Assembly: GCA_963837165.1 (NCBI GenBank)
Contig: CAWIMD010000008.1
Location: 5,008-69,007, forward strand
DNA from: Vicinamibacteria bacterium
Lineage (GTDB): Bacteria > Acidobacteriota > Vicinamibacteria > Vicinamibacterales > JAENWD01
DNA length: 64,000 bases
Direction of reading: 5' to 3'
Both the position numbers and the translations under genes were made by a program. The notes under the pieces are model-generated. The model searched no databases. It was not told the origin of the DNA and saw only the letters and a program-made list of their open reading frames with translations. The stretch's first letter is position 1. Each line of letters opens with the position of its first letter. Below are positions 14,200 through 24,743 of the stretch, piece after piece.

Positions 14200-14895
14200 C
14201 TACTTACTTTCCGCATGCCCGTCGGCGTGCGTGCAGCCGGGCAGCTCGGCGTGGAACACGTTGCCGGTCCACCCGAGCTCGCGGGCACCCTTTTCCGACG
14301 AGTAGTACGCGCCGGCAATCCACTGCTTGAGGTTGCTGAAGTGGTCGCCGATCGTGGCCTTGCCGGTGCCGCCGCCGCCCCCGCCGCCGAAGAACCCTCC
14401 GTGGCCCATGCCGGGCGCGGTCGTGGACGCCTTCTGCAGCAGCGCGTCCTGTTCGGCCGCCGTCAGGCTGGTCCAGGGTTTCCCGTTCGTCTCGATCGCG
14501 AGCATGTCGAACGCGCCGATCGCGCCGAGGAAGTCGCGCTGGTTGTCCTGCGATTCGACCGCGAGCAGCGTGTCGAGAAACGGCGTCACCCTGGCCTCGG
14601 TGGACCCGGGGACGATGGCCTCGGAGAGCGACTCGAGCGTCTTCATCTGGTGCGCATCGAGGAACTCGGGCGTATGGGCGGCCGATGCGGCCTTCTTCTG
14701 CGCCGCGGCGGTGCCTTGCGCGAGATGGTGGTGAACGGGATGCTGCTGAGCCTGCGCCAGTCCGGGCACGGCCAGGGTCGCGCCGACGCCGCCGAGCAGG
14801 CTCTGGAGCACCGCGCGCCGGCCGATGCCCGTGCCATCAGGGGCGTCGGGAGCGGGAGCGGCCGCGTCCTGCGGATCGTGTGGATTCGTGCTCAT
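14200..14895 (-). CDS. Gluconate 2-dehydrogenase subunit 3 family protein (Tat carrier subunit)
   Basis: GRRAVLQ twin-arginine motif; EAIVPGS..ARVTPFLD, YYSSEKG..ELGWTGN; TGC-TACACT 7 nt upstream of ATG. Confidence 0.8.
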   Translation of the reverse strand: MSTNPHDPQDAAAPAPDAPDGTGIGRRAVLQSLLGGVGATLAVPGLAQAQQHPVHHHLAQGTAAAQKKAASAAHTPEFLDAHQMKTLESLSEAIVPGSTEARVTPFLDTLLAVESQDNQRDFLGAIGAFDMLAIETNGKPWTSLTAAEQDALLQKASTTAPGMGHGGFFGGGGGGGTGKATIGDHFSNLKQWIAGAYYSSEKGARELGWTGNVFHAELPGCTHADGHAESK

Positions 14896-14946
14896 ACGCC
14901 GGAGTGTAGCATGGAGCCGGAGTGGCATTCCCGCACGCGTCGGACG

Positions 14947-16671
14947 TTACGTATCGATCTTCCCCTTCCCCTCCGTGATCGACACGTAGCGATCCACGGG
15001 GACGTCGGTGAAGCGCTCCTTGCGGCCGCTCGGCTGCGGCCAGGCGATCTCCACGAAGTCCACCTTCGTGGCGGTGCCGAGCCCGAGCACCTCGCGGGGA
15101 TCGTGGCTCGACAGATAGCTGCCGCCGCCCACTTTCAGGCGCGTCCGGGCCTTGCCCCCGACCGACCACGTGATGCGCGCGCCAATGGCGTCGCGGTTGC
15201 ACGTCGTCCCCTGCAGCCGCAGGCCGACCCAGTGGTTGCCCGCGCCGGCGTTGTTCTTGAGGAGGACCGGCGCCTCGCCGTTGTTGCCCACGAACACGTC
15301 GATCAGGCCGTCGTTGTTGTAGTCGCCGATGGAGAGGCCCCGCGCGGGGAACGCCTTGGTGAACACCGGCCCGGCGCCGGGGCTGACGTTCTGGAGCTTG
15401 CTGCCGTCGTTGTGGAAGACGAGCAGCGGCTCCTTGTACGTCACCATCTGGCTGTACTGATCGATCATGTCGTCCGGGTGGCCGTTGGCGAGGAAGAGGT
15501 CCACCAGGCCGTCGTTGTCGTAGTCGAAGAACTTCAGCCCCCAGCCGCTGAACAGGCGGGTGGCCTGGGCGACGCCGTTGGCGGCAGCCACGTCGGAGAA
15601 ATACTCGTTCCCGTCGTTCTTGTAGAGGGAGAACATCTCCTGGTCCACGTTGGCGACGAAGAGATCCTGCTTGCCGTCGCCGTCGAAGTCCGTCGAGTCC
15701 ACGCCCATGCCCGAGCGCGGCGTGCCGTTGGCGCTGTAGGCGACCTCGGCGGCCAGGCCGATCTCCTCCCACTTCCCCTTGCCGCGGTTGGCGAACAGGA
15801 AGTTCTGCACCGTGTCGTTCGCCACGAACAGGTCCATCTGCCCGTCGTTGTTGATGTCGGTGGCCACGACGCCCAGGGCCTTCCCCTTCGCCGCCTCGAT
15901 GTCGGTGCCGCCGCTGGCGAGTGTGAAGGTGCCGTCCCCGTTGTTCCGGTACAGCGCGCTCGATGTCGGCTTGAAGACGCGCGGGATGCAGTAGAAGCGC
16001 CGGCCGAGCGTGTTGTCGCCGCAGAAGACGTTGTTCTTCAGCGAGAAGTCCACGAAGCTGCAGAGGAACAGATCGAGCTTGCCGTCGTTGTCGTAGTCGA
16101 ACCAGACGGCGCTGGTCGTCCAGTGCGGGCCGGCGGCGAGGCCCGATTTCGCGGTCACGTCGGTGAAGGTGCCGTTGCCGTTGTTGTGGTACAGCGTGGG
16201 CGGACCGTAGTTGGTGACCAGGATGTCCTGGTAGCCGTCGTTGTCGTAGTCGCCCACGGCCATGCCCATCGCGAACGTGCCGCCGGTCAGCCCGGCCGTC
16301 TTCGTCACGTCGGTGAAAGTGCCGTCGCGGTTGTTCTTGTAGAGCGCGTTCGAGAGCGGCGTCTTGGGCGTGAAGAAATCGCACGGCCCGCTGTTCACCA
16401 TGAACAGGTCCATCCAGCCGTCGTTGTCGTAGTCCAGGAACGCGACGCCGGGTCCCATGGTCTCGGGCAGGTAGCGGTCCGGTGATATCGCGTTGTCGTG
16501 GACCCACGTGATGCCGCTGGCCGACGGCGGCACCTCCTCGAAGAGGGGCGCTGCACCGGCAACGGCGAGCCGGGCCAGAGCGGGCGCGGCAATGCTGCCG
16601 AGGCCCGCCATGGTGGCAAGCCGGACGAACTCCCGGCGCGACAAGCCGGGCACGGGTGGAAAAGGTCTCAT
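14947..16671 (-). CDS. Tat-exported CRTAC1/ASPIC-UnbV FG-GAP protein
   Basis: SRREFVR Tat motif; [19 protein letters not shown]; C-terminal [19 protein letters not shown]. Confidence 0.9.
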   Translation of the reverse strand: MRPFPPVPGLSRREFVRLATMAGLGSIAAPALARLAVAGAAPLFEEVPPSASGITWVHDNAISPDRYLPETMGPGVAFLDYDNDGWMDLFMVNSGPCDFFTPKTPLSNALYKNNRDGTFTDVTKTAGLTGGTFAMGMAVGDYDNDGYQDILVTNYGPPTLYHNNGNGTFTDVTAKSGLAAGPHWTTSAVWFDYDNDGKLDLFLCSFVDFSLKNNVFCGDNTLGRRFYCIPRVFKPTSSALYRNNGDGTFTLASGGTDIEAAKGKALGVVATDINNDGQMDLFVANDTVQNFLFANRGKGKWEEIGLAAEVAYSANGTPRSGMGVDSTDFDGDGKQDLFVANVDQEMFSLYKNDGNEYFSDVAAANGVAQATRLFSGWGLKFFDYDNDGLVDLFLANGHPDDMIDQYSQMVTYKEPLLVFHNDGSKLQNVSPGAGPVFTKAFPARGLSIGDYNNDGLIDVFVGNNGEAPVLLKNNAGAGNHWVGLRLQGTTCNRDAIGARITWSVGGKARTRLKVGGGSYLSSHDPREVLGLGTATKVDFVEIAWPQPSGRKERFTDVPVDRYVSITEGKGKIDT

Positions 16672-16849
16672 GCGCACGTTGGGCTGGACGGGCGTTCAGC
16701 GGCCGGAACCGTCGAGGAGGCCGGGATTTCTCCGTATCGTAACACTATCGTTCCGACGATGGCCGGGGGCCGGCGGCCGGTCGCGGGGCGACAAGCCTAG
16801 GGCGCGCGCTGGAGGCCCTCCCACCGCACGACCCAGGTCCGTCGTCCGG

Positions 16850-17090
16850 GAAGCCGGGGGCGTCCAAGGTGCAGCCGGTGGGGTTGCTGCGCAGCCACTC
16901 GCTCTGGCGTGGCCTCGTCGGGGATGTCGGCGTGGTCGCCATTGCCGACGAAGAGCGGCGAGTCCGGGTCCATGGCGCAGAGCACCGGGTCGTTGCGCGC
17001 GACGAGTGCGTGCCGATCGATCCCGGCCGTGTGGGGCGTGCTGGCGAGCAGCGCCGCCGCGAGGATCCACGCCGTCTCAAAACGGCACAT
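16850..17090 (-). pseudogene. Degraded N-terminal remnant of a six-hairpin (GH65-like annotated) glycosidase
   Basis: IDRHALVARNDPVL..DPDSPLFVGNG in one frame; EWLRSNP and HRLHLGR are split across frames. Resemblance recalled, not searched. Confidence 0.5.
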
Positions 17091-17101
17091 TCTCCCACAT
17101 C

Positions 17102-17143
17102 GGGGACAGTCCCCGATTCCCCCGGGCGGCGGGGACAGTCCCC
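17102..17143 (+). repeat. GGGGACAGTCCCC REP doublet upstream of RAYT
   Basis: Copies start at 17102 and 17131. Confidence 0.85.
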
Positions 17144-17193
17144 GACGGCATCGCGATTGCGGAGGCATCTGGAGCGGAGAGAAAGGACCGGCA

Positions 17194-17719
17194 ATGCCTC
17201 GTGCGGGCCGACTCGTTCCACCGGGATACGCCTTCCATGTGATCAATCGCGGGAACCGACGCCAGCGCTTGTTCGCAACCCCAGCTGACTACATGGCTTT
17301 TCTGCGGTTGATGCGCAAGGCCGCTGACCGCCATCCGATCCGACTGCTCGCCTATTGCCTGATGCCGAATCACTGGCACTTCGTCGTCTGGCCGTATACA
17401 CCGCGGTCACTTTCTGCGTACATGCACTGGCTGACGAGTACCTCATGTGCGCCGACATCGCTGGATGACGCAAACGATCGGTGAAGGACACCTGTACCAG
17501 GCGCGCTACTGGAGTGACGTCGTCACGAATGACCTGAAGCTGATCTGGGTCTGCCGCTATGTCGAGGGCAACGCGCTCGCGGCGTCGCTGAGGGCACGCG
17601 CCGAGGAGTGGCCCTATAGCAGCCTGAGTCCGCTGGCCGCGGGCCCGGACCGCCCCATCCTCAGCCCCTGGCCGATCGCCAAGCCCGACAACTGGGTCGA
17701 CTTCGTCAACACGATCTGA
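17194..17719 (+). mobile_element. REP-associated tyrosine transposase (RAYT, Y1/HUH), with one extra base at about 17441
   Basis: MPR..HVINRGNRRQRLF, AYCLMPNHWH (HUH), GHLYQARY, RYVEGNAL (catalytic Tyr), EWPYSS; flanked by REP arrays. Confidence 0.88.
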
Positions 17720-17757
17720 CCGGGTCCGTGTCCCAGAACGGGACATCAACCCGATCT

Positions 17758-17827
17758 GGGGACAGTCCCCGCTTCCCATGGGCGGCGGGGACAGTCCCCA
17801 ATCTGCGCGCAATCGGGGACAGTCCCC
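17758..17827 (+). repeat. GGGGACAGTCCCC REP triplet downstream of RAYT
   Basis: Copies start at 17758, 17787 and 17815. Confidence 0.85.
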
Positions 17828-17841
17828 AATAGAATGCGGGC

Positions 17842-20800
17842 ATGAGGGCAGCACTGGCAGCGGCCAGCATCCTCCTCGCCGGCACGACGGCACTCCCGCG
17901 CGGACAGACACCCGCCCCGGCGACGATCGATTACGCCCGCGACGTGCGTCCGGTCCTCGAGGCGCACTGCTACGAATGCCACGGCCCCAAGAAGCAGAAG
18001 GGCCACCTGCGCCTCGACTCCAGACTCTCCGCGCTCAAGGGCGGGACGACCGGCCCGGCGGTCGTCCCCGGCGACGCCGACCAGAGCCTGATCGTCCGGC
18101 GCGTCCTGGGCCTCGATGGCGAGGACCGGATGCCCTTCGAGAAGGACCCCCTTCCCCCCAATCAGATCGCGCTCCTCAAGTCCTGGATCGCCCAGGGCGC
18201 CCCATGGACCGGTCCGGAGCCGACGAGCAGTGCCGACACCGCAGCGAACGCCGCGGACGCCGAACCCGAGCACTGGGCCTACCGCCGGCCGCGGCGCCCG
18301 ACGCCGCCCACTGTCTCGCAGCCCGACTGGGTACGCAACCCGATCGACCAGTTCGTCCTCGCACGCCTGGACCACGAGCACCTCCACCACGCCCCCGAGG
18401 CCAGTCGCGAGGCGCTCATCCGCCGCGTCTCGCTCGACCTGATCGGCCTGCCGCCCTCGCCCGCCGAAATCGACGCGTTCCTCGCCGACACACGGCCCGA
18501 TGCCTACGAGCGGCTCGTCGATCGCCTGCTCGCATCGCCGCACTACGGTGAACGCTGGGCGCGCCCGTGGCTGGACATGGCCCGCTACGCGGACAGCAAC
18601 GGCTACGAGAAGGACAACCTGCGGACGATGTGGAAGTATCGGGACTGGGTGATTACGGCGCTCAACCAGGACCTGCCGTTCGATGAGTTCACGATCGAGC
18701 AGCTCGCGGGCGACATGCTCCCTCACCCGACGCCCGATCAGCTCATTGCCAGCGGCTTCAACCGCAACACGCTGCTCAACCAGGAAGGCGGCATCGACGT
18801 CGAGGAGGCGCGCTGGGAGACGCTCCTCGACCGCGTCAACACGACCGGCACGGTCTGGCTCGGCACGACGATCGCCTGCGCGCAGTGCCACAACCACAAG
18901 TACGACCCGTTCACGCAGCGCGACTACTACCGGTTCCTCGCCTTCTTCGACAACGGCGAGTACGTCGAGAAGGGGCAGCAGGGCGGCGACCACTGGATCG
19001 AAGAGCCGTCGCTGGATCTCCCCACGCCGGATCAGACGGCGCGCCGCGACGCGCTCGTCGCCGAGCTCGACTCGCTGAACCGGACGCTCTCGGAGCCCTC
19101 CGCCGATCTCGATGCCGCGCAAGGCGCGTGGGAGCAAGCCCAGCGCACGATCGATCGGCAGTGGACAACGCTGACGCCGGTGTCGGCTCACGCCCGCGCG
19201 GCGACGCTCACCGTCGAGGCGGACGGCTCGGTCCTGGCGTCCGGCCCGGAACCCGGCTCCGACGAGTACGTCGTCGAGGCGGAGCTGCCCGAGGGCACAG
19301 TCTCCGGCGTACGTCTCGAGGCGCTCCCCGATCCGTCGCTCCCGAAAGGCGGACCCGGACGCGACTACTACGGCAACTTCGTGCTGACCGCGTTCCACGT
19401 GGAGATGCTGGACGGCGGCGCCGCGGTGCCGGTCGCCTTCTCCTCGGCCGCGAGCGACGACCAGGCCGGCGGCGACGTCACCGACCTGCTGAAGCCCCCG
19501 GTCACCACCGAATCACGGGACCTGCCGCCCGGATGGTCGATCGATGCCACCCGCGACCCGACGCGCCTGCCCCGCCAGGCGGTGTTCGTGCTGGCATCGC
19601 CGCTGACCGGGAAGGCCCACGCGCGCGTGCGTGTGCGCCTCGGATTCAACGGCGGCAACGTCGGCCAGGCGCTGGGGCGCTTCCGCGTCTCGGTCACCTC
19701 CGTGGACCTGCCCCGTCAGGCGGTCAGCATCCGTGCGAAGACTCGCGCCGTGCTCGCCATCCCCGCCGGCGAGCGCACCAAAGATCAGGCCGCCGCCGTG
19801 CGCGCGGAATACCGCGGACAGGCGGAGGCGCTGGCCCCCACGCGCAAGCGCCTCGAGGCGGTCGAGCGCGAGCTGGCCGGCCTCGGCATCGTCTCCGCGC
19901 TCGTCCTTCGGGAGCGGCCTGGATTCGACCGCCCGTCCACGCTGATGCGCGAGCGCGGTGCATACCTGTCTCCGGGCGACCGCGTCTATGCCGCGACGCC
20001 CGCCGTGCTGCCGCCAATGACCGGCAACGAGATGCCCAACCGTCTCGGCCTGGCCCGGTGGCTGGTGAGCCCCGAGAACCCGCTGACGGCTCGCGTCACC
20101 GTGAACCGCGCCTGGGAGCAATTCTTCGGCCGCGGCATCGTCGAGACCAGCGAGGACTTCGGCACACAGGGCGCCCCACCGTCGCACCCGGAGCTGCTCG
20201 ACTGGCTGGCCACCGAGTTCATCCGGTTGAAGTGGAGCCAGAAGGCGCTGCACCGGCTCATCGTCACGTCGGCGGCGTACCGGCAGGACGCCGCCGCGTC
20301 GCCGGAACTGATCGAGAAGGACCCGTACAACCGGCTGCTCGCACGCGGCCCGCGTTTCCGGCTGGACGCCGAGGGCATCCGCGACGTGGCGCTGGCCGTC
20401 AGCGGGCTGCTGAGCAACAAGATCGGCGGCCCGAGCGTCTTCCCGCCCCAGCCTCCCGGCATCTGGGACAACCCGTACAGCGACGCGAAGTGGGAGACCA
20501 GCGCCGGCGAGGATCGCTATCGCCGCGGCCTCTACACGTTCATCCGGCGCACGTCCCCGTATCCGAGCCTCATGACGTTCGACGCGACGAGCCGCGAGTT
20601 CTGCACCGTCCGGCGGGTGCGCACGAACACGCCGCTCCAGGCCTTGACGACGCTGAACGATCCGGCGTTCTTCGAAGCGGCCCGCGCGCTGGCCGACCGC
20701 ACTCTGCGCGAGGCCGCCACGGGCGGGCGCGACAGCGGTCCCGCGCTCGAGCGGGCACGCGCCGCGTATGCCTTCCGGCTCTGTACCGGCCATCCGCCAA

Positions 20801-20997
20801 CCACTGGCGAAGTGGATGCCATCGTTCGGTCGCTCGAACGGCAACGCGCCCGCTATCGGGGGCAGGCGAAGAACGCGTCGAAGGTCTTGAGCGCGGGCGG
20901 CGACACGGCATCCGGGTCCGTCACGGCGGCCGAACGGGCGGCGTGGACGCTGGTCGCCAACGCGCTGTTGAATCTGGACGAGACGATAACGAAGTGA
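17842..20997 (+). CDS. Planctomycete cytochrome c (PSCyt1) + DUF1549 + DUF1553 protein
   Basis: [74 protein letters not shown]. Confidence 0.9.
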   Translation: MRAALAAASILLAGTTALPRGQTPAPATIDYARDVRPVLEAHCYECHGPKKQKGHLRLDSRLSALKGGTTGPAVVPGDADQSLIVRRVLGLDGEDRMPFEKDPLPPNQIALLKSWIAQGAPWTGPEPTSSADTAANAADAEPEHWAYRRPRRPTPPTVSQPDWVRNPIDQFVLARLDHEHLHHAPEASREALIRRVSLDLIGLPPSPAEIDAFLADTRPDAYERLVDRLLASPHYGERWARPWLDMARYADSNGYEKDNLRTMWKYRDWVITALNQDLPFDEFTIEQLAGDMLPHPTPDQLIASGFNRNTLLNQEGGIDVEEARWETLLDRVNTTGTVWLGTTIACAQCHNHKYDPFTQRDYYRFLAFFDNGEYVEKGQQGGDHWIEEPSLDLPTPDQTARRDALVAELDSLNRTLSEPSADLDAAQGAWEQAQRTIDRQWTTLTPVSAHARAATLTVEADGSVLASGPEPGSDEYVVEAELPEGTVSGVRLEALPDPSLPKGGPGRDYYGNFVLTAFHVEMLDGGAAVPVAFSSAASDDQAGGDVTDLLKPPVTTESRDLPPGWSIDATRDPTRLPRQAVFVLASPLTGKAHARVRVRLGFNGGNVGQALGRFRVSVTSVDLPRQAVSIRAKTRAVLAIPAGERTKDQAAAVRAEYRGQAEALAPTRKRLEAVERELAGLGIVSALVLRERPGFDRPSTLMRERGAYLSPGDRVYAATPAVLPPMTGNEMPNRLGLARWLVSPENPLTARVTVNRAWEQFFGRGIVETSEDFGTQGAPPSHPELLDWLATEFIRLKWSQKALHRLIVTSAAYRQDAAASPELIEKDPYNRLLARGPRFRLDAEGIRDVALAVSGLLSNKIGGPSVFPPQPPGIWDNPYSDAKWETSAGEDRYRRGLYTFIRRTSPYPSLMTFDATSREFCTVRRVRTNTPLQALTTLNDPAFFEAARALADRTLREAATGGRDSGPALERARAAYAFRLCTGHPPTTGEVDAIVRSLERQRARYRGQAKNASKVLSAGGDTASGSVTAAERAAWTLVANALLNLDETITK

Positions 20998-21040
20998 TTG
21001 ATCATTGACGATTGATCATTGACGATTGACGATTGGATTG
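20996..21040. repeat. Heptamer tandem repeat TTGACGA/TTGATCA
   Basis: Fills the DUF1553-DUF1501 gap; the same unit occurs at 63030-63090. Confidence 0.75.
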
Positions 21041-21047
21041 AACTGCG

Positions 21048-22520
21048 ATGAGCGACGATCGAGGCACTGGACATCGACTCCGCGACATCACGCGACGGCA
21101 TTTCTTCCGCGAGGCCGGCTTCGGCGTCGGGACGGTGGCGCTGGCTTCGCTGATGAACGAGCGGCTGTTCGCCTTCACGCCGGAGGCCGACCAGGCGGCG
21201 GCACGGGCGGCACACGCGATCGGGCCCCAGTTCGCCCCGAAGGCGAAGCAGGTGATCTACCTGTTCATGGCCGGCGCGCCGTCGCAGGTGGACCTGTTCG
21301 ACAACAAACCGCTGCTGCAGAAGTACGACGGGCAGGAGATCCCGCCGGGGTTCATCCCGGAGGGCGAGCGGTTCGCCTTCGTGAAGGGCAAGCCGCACCT
21401 GCTCGGGTCGCCGTTCTCGTTCCAGCAGCACGGACAGTCCGGCGCCGAGATCTCGGAGCTGCTCCCGCACCTGGCCAGCCACGCAGACGAGATCGCGCTC
21501 ATCCGCTCGATGAAGACGACGCAGTTCAATCATGCGCCCGCACAGATCTTCATGAACACCGGGCACCAGATCATCGGCCGCCCGAGCCTCGGGGCGTGGC
21601 TCAGTTACGGACTCGGCAGCGAGAACAAGGACCTGCCGGCGTTCGTCGTCCTCATCTCCGGCCAGAACAACCCGGACGGCGGCAAGAGCTGCTGGGGCAG
21701 CGGCTTCCTCCCGACCGTCCACCAGGGCGTCGAGTTCCGGTCCAAGGGTGAACCGGTCCTCTTCTCGCGCAATCCCGACGGCGTGGACGCGCAGGCCCGC
21801 CGGGAGTCGCTGGATCTGATCGGCGCGCTGGACGGCATCGAGCACCAGCGCACGAACGACCCGGAAACGACGACGAGAATTGCCGCGTACGAGCTGGCGT
21901 ACCGCATGCAGACCAGCGTGCCGGAGCTGACCGACATCAGCAGCGAGTCACAGAAGGTCCACGAGATGTACGGCACCGAGCCCGGGCAGGTGTCGTTTGC
22001 CAACAACTGCCTGCTGGCGCGGCGGCTGGTCGAACGCGGCGTCCGCATCGTGCAGCTCTACCACCGGGGCTGGGATACCCACGGCGCCTCGGTTGGCACG
22101 GACATCGTCGTGCGCGTGCCGCGGCTGTGCCTCGAGGTCGATCAGGCGATCGGCGCGTTGCTCACGGACCTGAAGCAGCGCGGCCTGCTCGACACCACGC
22201 TGGTCGTCTGGGGCGGCGAGTTCGGCAGGACGCCCATCAACGAAGCCCGCAACGGATCGAAGCTGCTCGGCCGCGACCATCATCCCCGCGCCTTCACGAT
22301 GTGGATGGCCGGCGGCGGCGTGAAGCCCGGCACGACGGTCGGACGCACGGACGACTTCGGCTACAACATCGTCGAGGATCCGATCGACGTGCACGATCTG
22401 CATGCGACGATGCTGCACCTGCTGGGGATCGATCACGAGAAGCTGACGTACAAGTTCCAGGGGCGGGACTTCAGGCTGACCGACGTCAGCGGGAAGATCG
22501 TCAAGAAGCTGATCGCGTAA
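21048..22520 (+). CDS. DUF1501 family Tat-exported protein
   Basis: ITRRHFF; [54 protein letters not shown]. Confidence 0.9.
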   Translation: MSDDRGTGHRLRDITRRHFFREAGFGVGTVALASLMNERLFAFTPEADQAAARAAHAIGPQFAPKAKQVIYLFMAGAPSQVDLFDNKPLLQKYDGQEIPPGFIPEGERFAFVKGKPHLLGSPFSFQQHGQSGAEISELLPHLASHADEIALIRSMKTTQFNHAPAQIFMNTGHQIIGRPSLGAWLSYGLGSENKDLPAFVVLISGQNNPDGGKSCWGSGFLPTVHQGVEFRSKGEPVLFSRNPDGVDAQARRESLDLIGALDGIEHQRTNDPETTTRIAAYELAYRMQTSVPELTDISSESQKVHEMYGTEPGQVSFANNCLLARRLVERGVRIVQLYHRGWDTHGASVGTDIVVRVPRLCLEVDQAIGALLTDLKQRGLLDTTLVVWGGEFGRTPINEARNGSKLLGRDHHPRAFTMWMAGGGVKPGTTVGRTDDFGYNIVEDPIDVHDLHATMLHLLGIDHEKLTYKFQGRDFRLTDVSGKIVKKLIA

Positions 22521-22660
22521 CGGGTTCTCAGGTTCCCGGGTTCTCGGGTTCACGGGTTCGAGGTTCGAGGTTGCAGGATTCGAGGGTTCGTAACGTTCCG
22601 GCCCTTCGTGTTCTTCGTGTCCTTTGTGTTCCTTGTGTTCTTTGTATCGTTTGTGTTTCC
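22521..22660. repeat. Adjacent 7/8-mer (GGTTCGA/GGGTTCTC) and 9-mer (CTTCGTGTT-like) arrays
   Basis: Periodicity is visible directly in the sequence. Confidence 0.7.
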
Positions 22661-23767
22661 GCTGCGGCGCAGGCACGCTCCAACGTCACCCCGCTCATCC
22701 GATCGACCGACCCGGCGACCGCGTATCGTGAGCTCGTGGAACGGTATCGACAGGGCGACGCCAGCGTGGCACCGGCTGCGCTCTCGCTCGACAAGAAGGC
22801 GATCCAGCAGGCGCAGAAGGAGATCTTCGAGGACGCCGCGCGCGCCTTGCAGGCAGCCAGGGACCAGCCCGCCATGATGGCGATACGACGGCATCGAATC
22901 CGCCTCGCACTCGCCATGGTTCTCTTCCACACCGACGCCGCGCTGCGCGCGACGGGCACCGCGGTGGACGACCAGATCGGCCTGGCGCGCGGCCCAATCG
23001 AGGAGCTCGATCCGTTTGCCGCCGACCTTCAGCTTGCGATGCAGCCGGTCGGGCGCCTCACGCCCGATGACATCCGCGACGTCATCCACCAGTGGTACGT
23101 CGTCGCGGCGCTCATCCTCCGGCAGATGGATCGACCGACGCTCGACTGGCTGGTGAACATCGCCCACGAGCGCTACCCGCACGATCCGATCTTCAGCCTG
23201 CTGTGGGGCAACGCGCTCGAGCGGGTGGCCGGCGGAGCCGTCGTGGACGTGTCGCTCGTGCGCGACCTGTACCAGGCGGACTTCGTCCGGACCTGGCGCC
23301 AGACGCTCTACAGAGCCGGGCGTCTCTACGAGGACGCACTGGACGCCGACCCGACCGCCACGGAAGCCCGCGTGCGCCTCGGACGGGTCGAACTGCTCGC
23401 AGGGGATCGCAAGAAGGCACGCGGCCATCTCGAGCAGGCACTGGGCGAGGCGCAGACGCCGCGCCTTCGCTATCTCGCCGCGCTGTTCCTCGGAGCTGTC
23501 GCTGATGTGGATGGCAGGCCGGACGAGGCCGCGAAGCACTACGCGCAGGCCTTGTCGATCGTCCCCGGCGCGCAGTCCGCCGCGTTCGCGATGAGCCGCA
23601 TTGCCGACGCCGCCGGCGACACGGATGCCGCCCGCGACTGGCTGAATCGCACGCTCGCAATTCCGTTCAAGGAACGCGAGGACCCCTGGGAAACGTACTA
23701 CGAGGCACCGGAGGCGGGCAGTCTGCTGGACCGACTGGCGGCGCTGCGGGAGTACCTGCGGCGATGA
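22571..23767 (+). CDS. Secreted TPR protein (start uncertain; TTG 22571 proposed)
   Basis: C-terminal TPRs (YEDALDADP..EARVRLGRV, YLAALFLG, YAQALSIVPGAQSA) and DPWETY; stop overlaps the VWA start (ATGA). Confidence 0.7.
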   Translation: MQDSRVRNVPALRVLRVLCVPCVLCIVCVSAAAQARSNVTPLIRSTDPATAYRELVERYRQGDASVAPAALSLDKKAIQQAQKEIFEDAARALQAARDQPAMMAIRRHRIRLALAMVLFHTDAALRATGTAVDDQIGLARGPIEELDPFAADLQLAMQPVGRLTPDDIRDVIHQWYVVAALILRQMDRPTLDWLVNIAHERYPHDPIFSLLWGNALERVAGGAVVDVSLVRDLYQADFVRTWRQTLYRAGRLYEDALDADPTATEARVRLGRVELLAGDRKKARGHLEQALGEAQTPRLRYLAALFLGAVADVDGRPDEAAKHYAQALSIVPGAQSAAFAMSRIADAAGDTDAARDWLNRTLAIPFKEREDPWETYYEAPEAGSLLDRLAALREYLRR

Positions 23768-24717
23768 GCAGGCTGCCGGCTGCCATCGTGCTCGCCGCCC
23801 TGCCGCTGGCGCTCGGCCAGCAGCCCACCTTCCGCACGGGCACCGAGCTCGTGCGCGTCGACGTCCTCGTCACCAGGGACGGCGTTCCCGTCACCGACTT
23901 GACGGCCGCCGACTTCGAGGTGCGGGATGCCGGCAGGCCGCAGGAGATCTCGGCATTCGGCCTGATTGGATCGGTCAACGCCGCGATCGCCCTCGATTCG
24001 AGCGGCAGCATGACCGGTGACCGGCTCCCGAAGGCGCGGGCCGCTGCACTGGTGCTCCTCGGGAGCTGCGGCCTGACGAAGTCCGGCACGGTCATCGCCT
24101 TTGCCAGCCAGATTACCCGCCTGGTCGAGCCCGGCATGCCGCTCGAGCGCGCACGACGCGAGCTGGACCGCCTCGTCCCCGCCGGAAGCACCTCGCTCGT
24201 CGATGCCGCGTACACCGGCGTCATTGCCGCCGACACCGCCCCCGGTCCGAAGCTGCTCGTGCTGCTGACCGACGGCCGCAACAACGCGAGCTGGCTGCAG
24301 GCGAGAGACGTCATCGACGCGGCGCGCCGGCATGAGGTGGTCGCGTACGCCGTCAGCGTCGGCAGCACGCCCTCGCCGTTGACCGCGACGGTGCCGACGA
24401 GCGACCGGGGGGTTGATGTTCGGAACGGCGCGATCGTGGAGCTGAGATCCGCCGGCGGCCGCGAGCGCTTCAACGATGCCGACCGGCTGCTGCGAGCGCT
24501 CGGCAAGGAAACAGGCGGACGCCTGATCACCGCGACGTGGAACGACGATTTGAGCGCCCTCTTCCGTTCGATTCTCGACGAGTACCGCCAGCGCTACATC
24601 CTCTCGTTCAGGCCCGAAGGCGTGGGGCACGGCGACGGCTGGCACACACTCAGCGTCAAGCTGCGCCACGGCTCGAAGGGCGACCTGTACGCGAGAAGCG
24701 GGTACTGGTCGCGGTGA
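23764..24717 (+). CDS. Acidobacterial-type VWA domain protein (short form)
   Basis: FRTGTELVRVDVLVT..DLTAADFEV, MIDAS-like DSSGS, LLTDG, ETGG, YILSF. Confidence 0.85.
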   Translation: MSRLPAAIVLAALPLALGQQPTFRTGTELVRVDVLVTRDGVPVTDLTAADFEVRDAGRPQEISAFGLIGSVNAAIALDSSGSMTGDRLPKARAAALVLLGSCGLTKSGTVIAFASQITRLVEPGMPLERARRELDRLVPAGSTSLVDAAYTGVIAADTAPGPKLLVLLTDGRNNASWLQARDVIDAARRHEVVAYAVSVGSTPSPLTATVPTSDRGVDVRNGAIVELRSAGGRERFNDADRLLRALGKETGGRLITATWNDDLSALFRSILDEYRQRYILSFRPEGVGHGDGWHTLSVKLRHGSKGDLYARSGYWSR

Positions 24718-24743
24718 GGTGGGCCGTCGGATACCATCAAACG

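Noticed and set aside
17194-17719. RAYT as an autonomous IS200/IS605 element or island boundary
   Set aside because: No tnpB, integrase, tRNA target or composition shift is visible; the flanking motifs are dispersed REPs.
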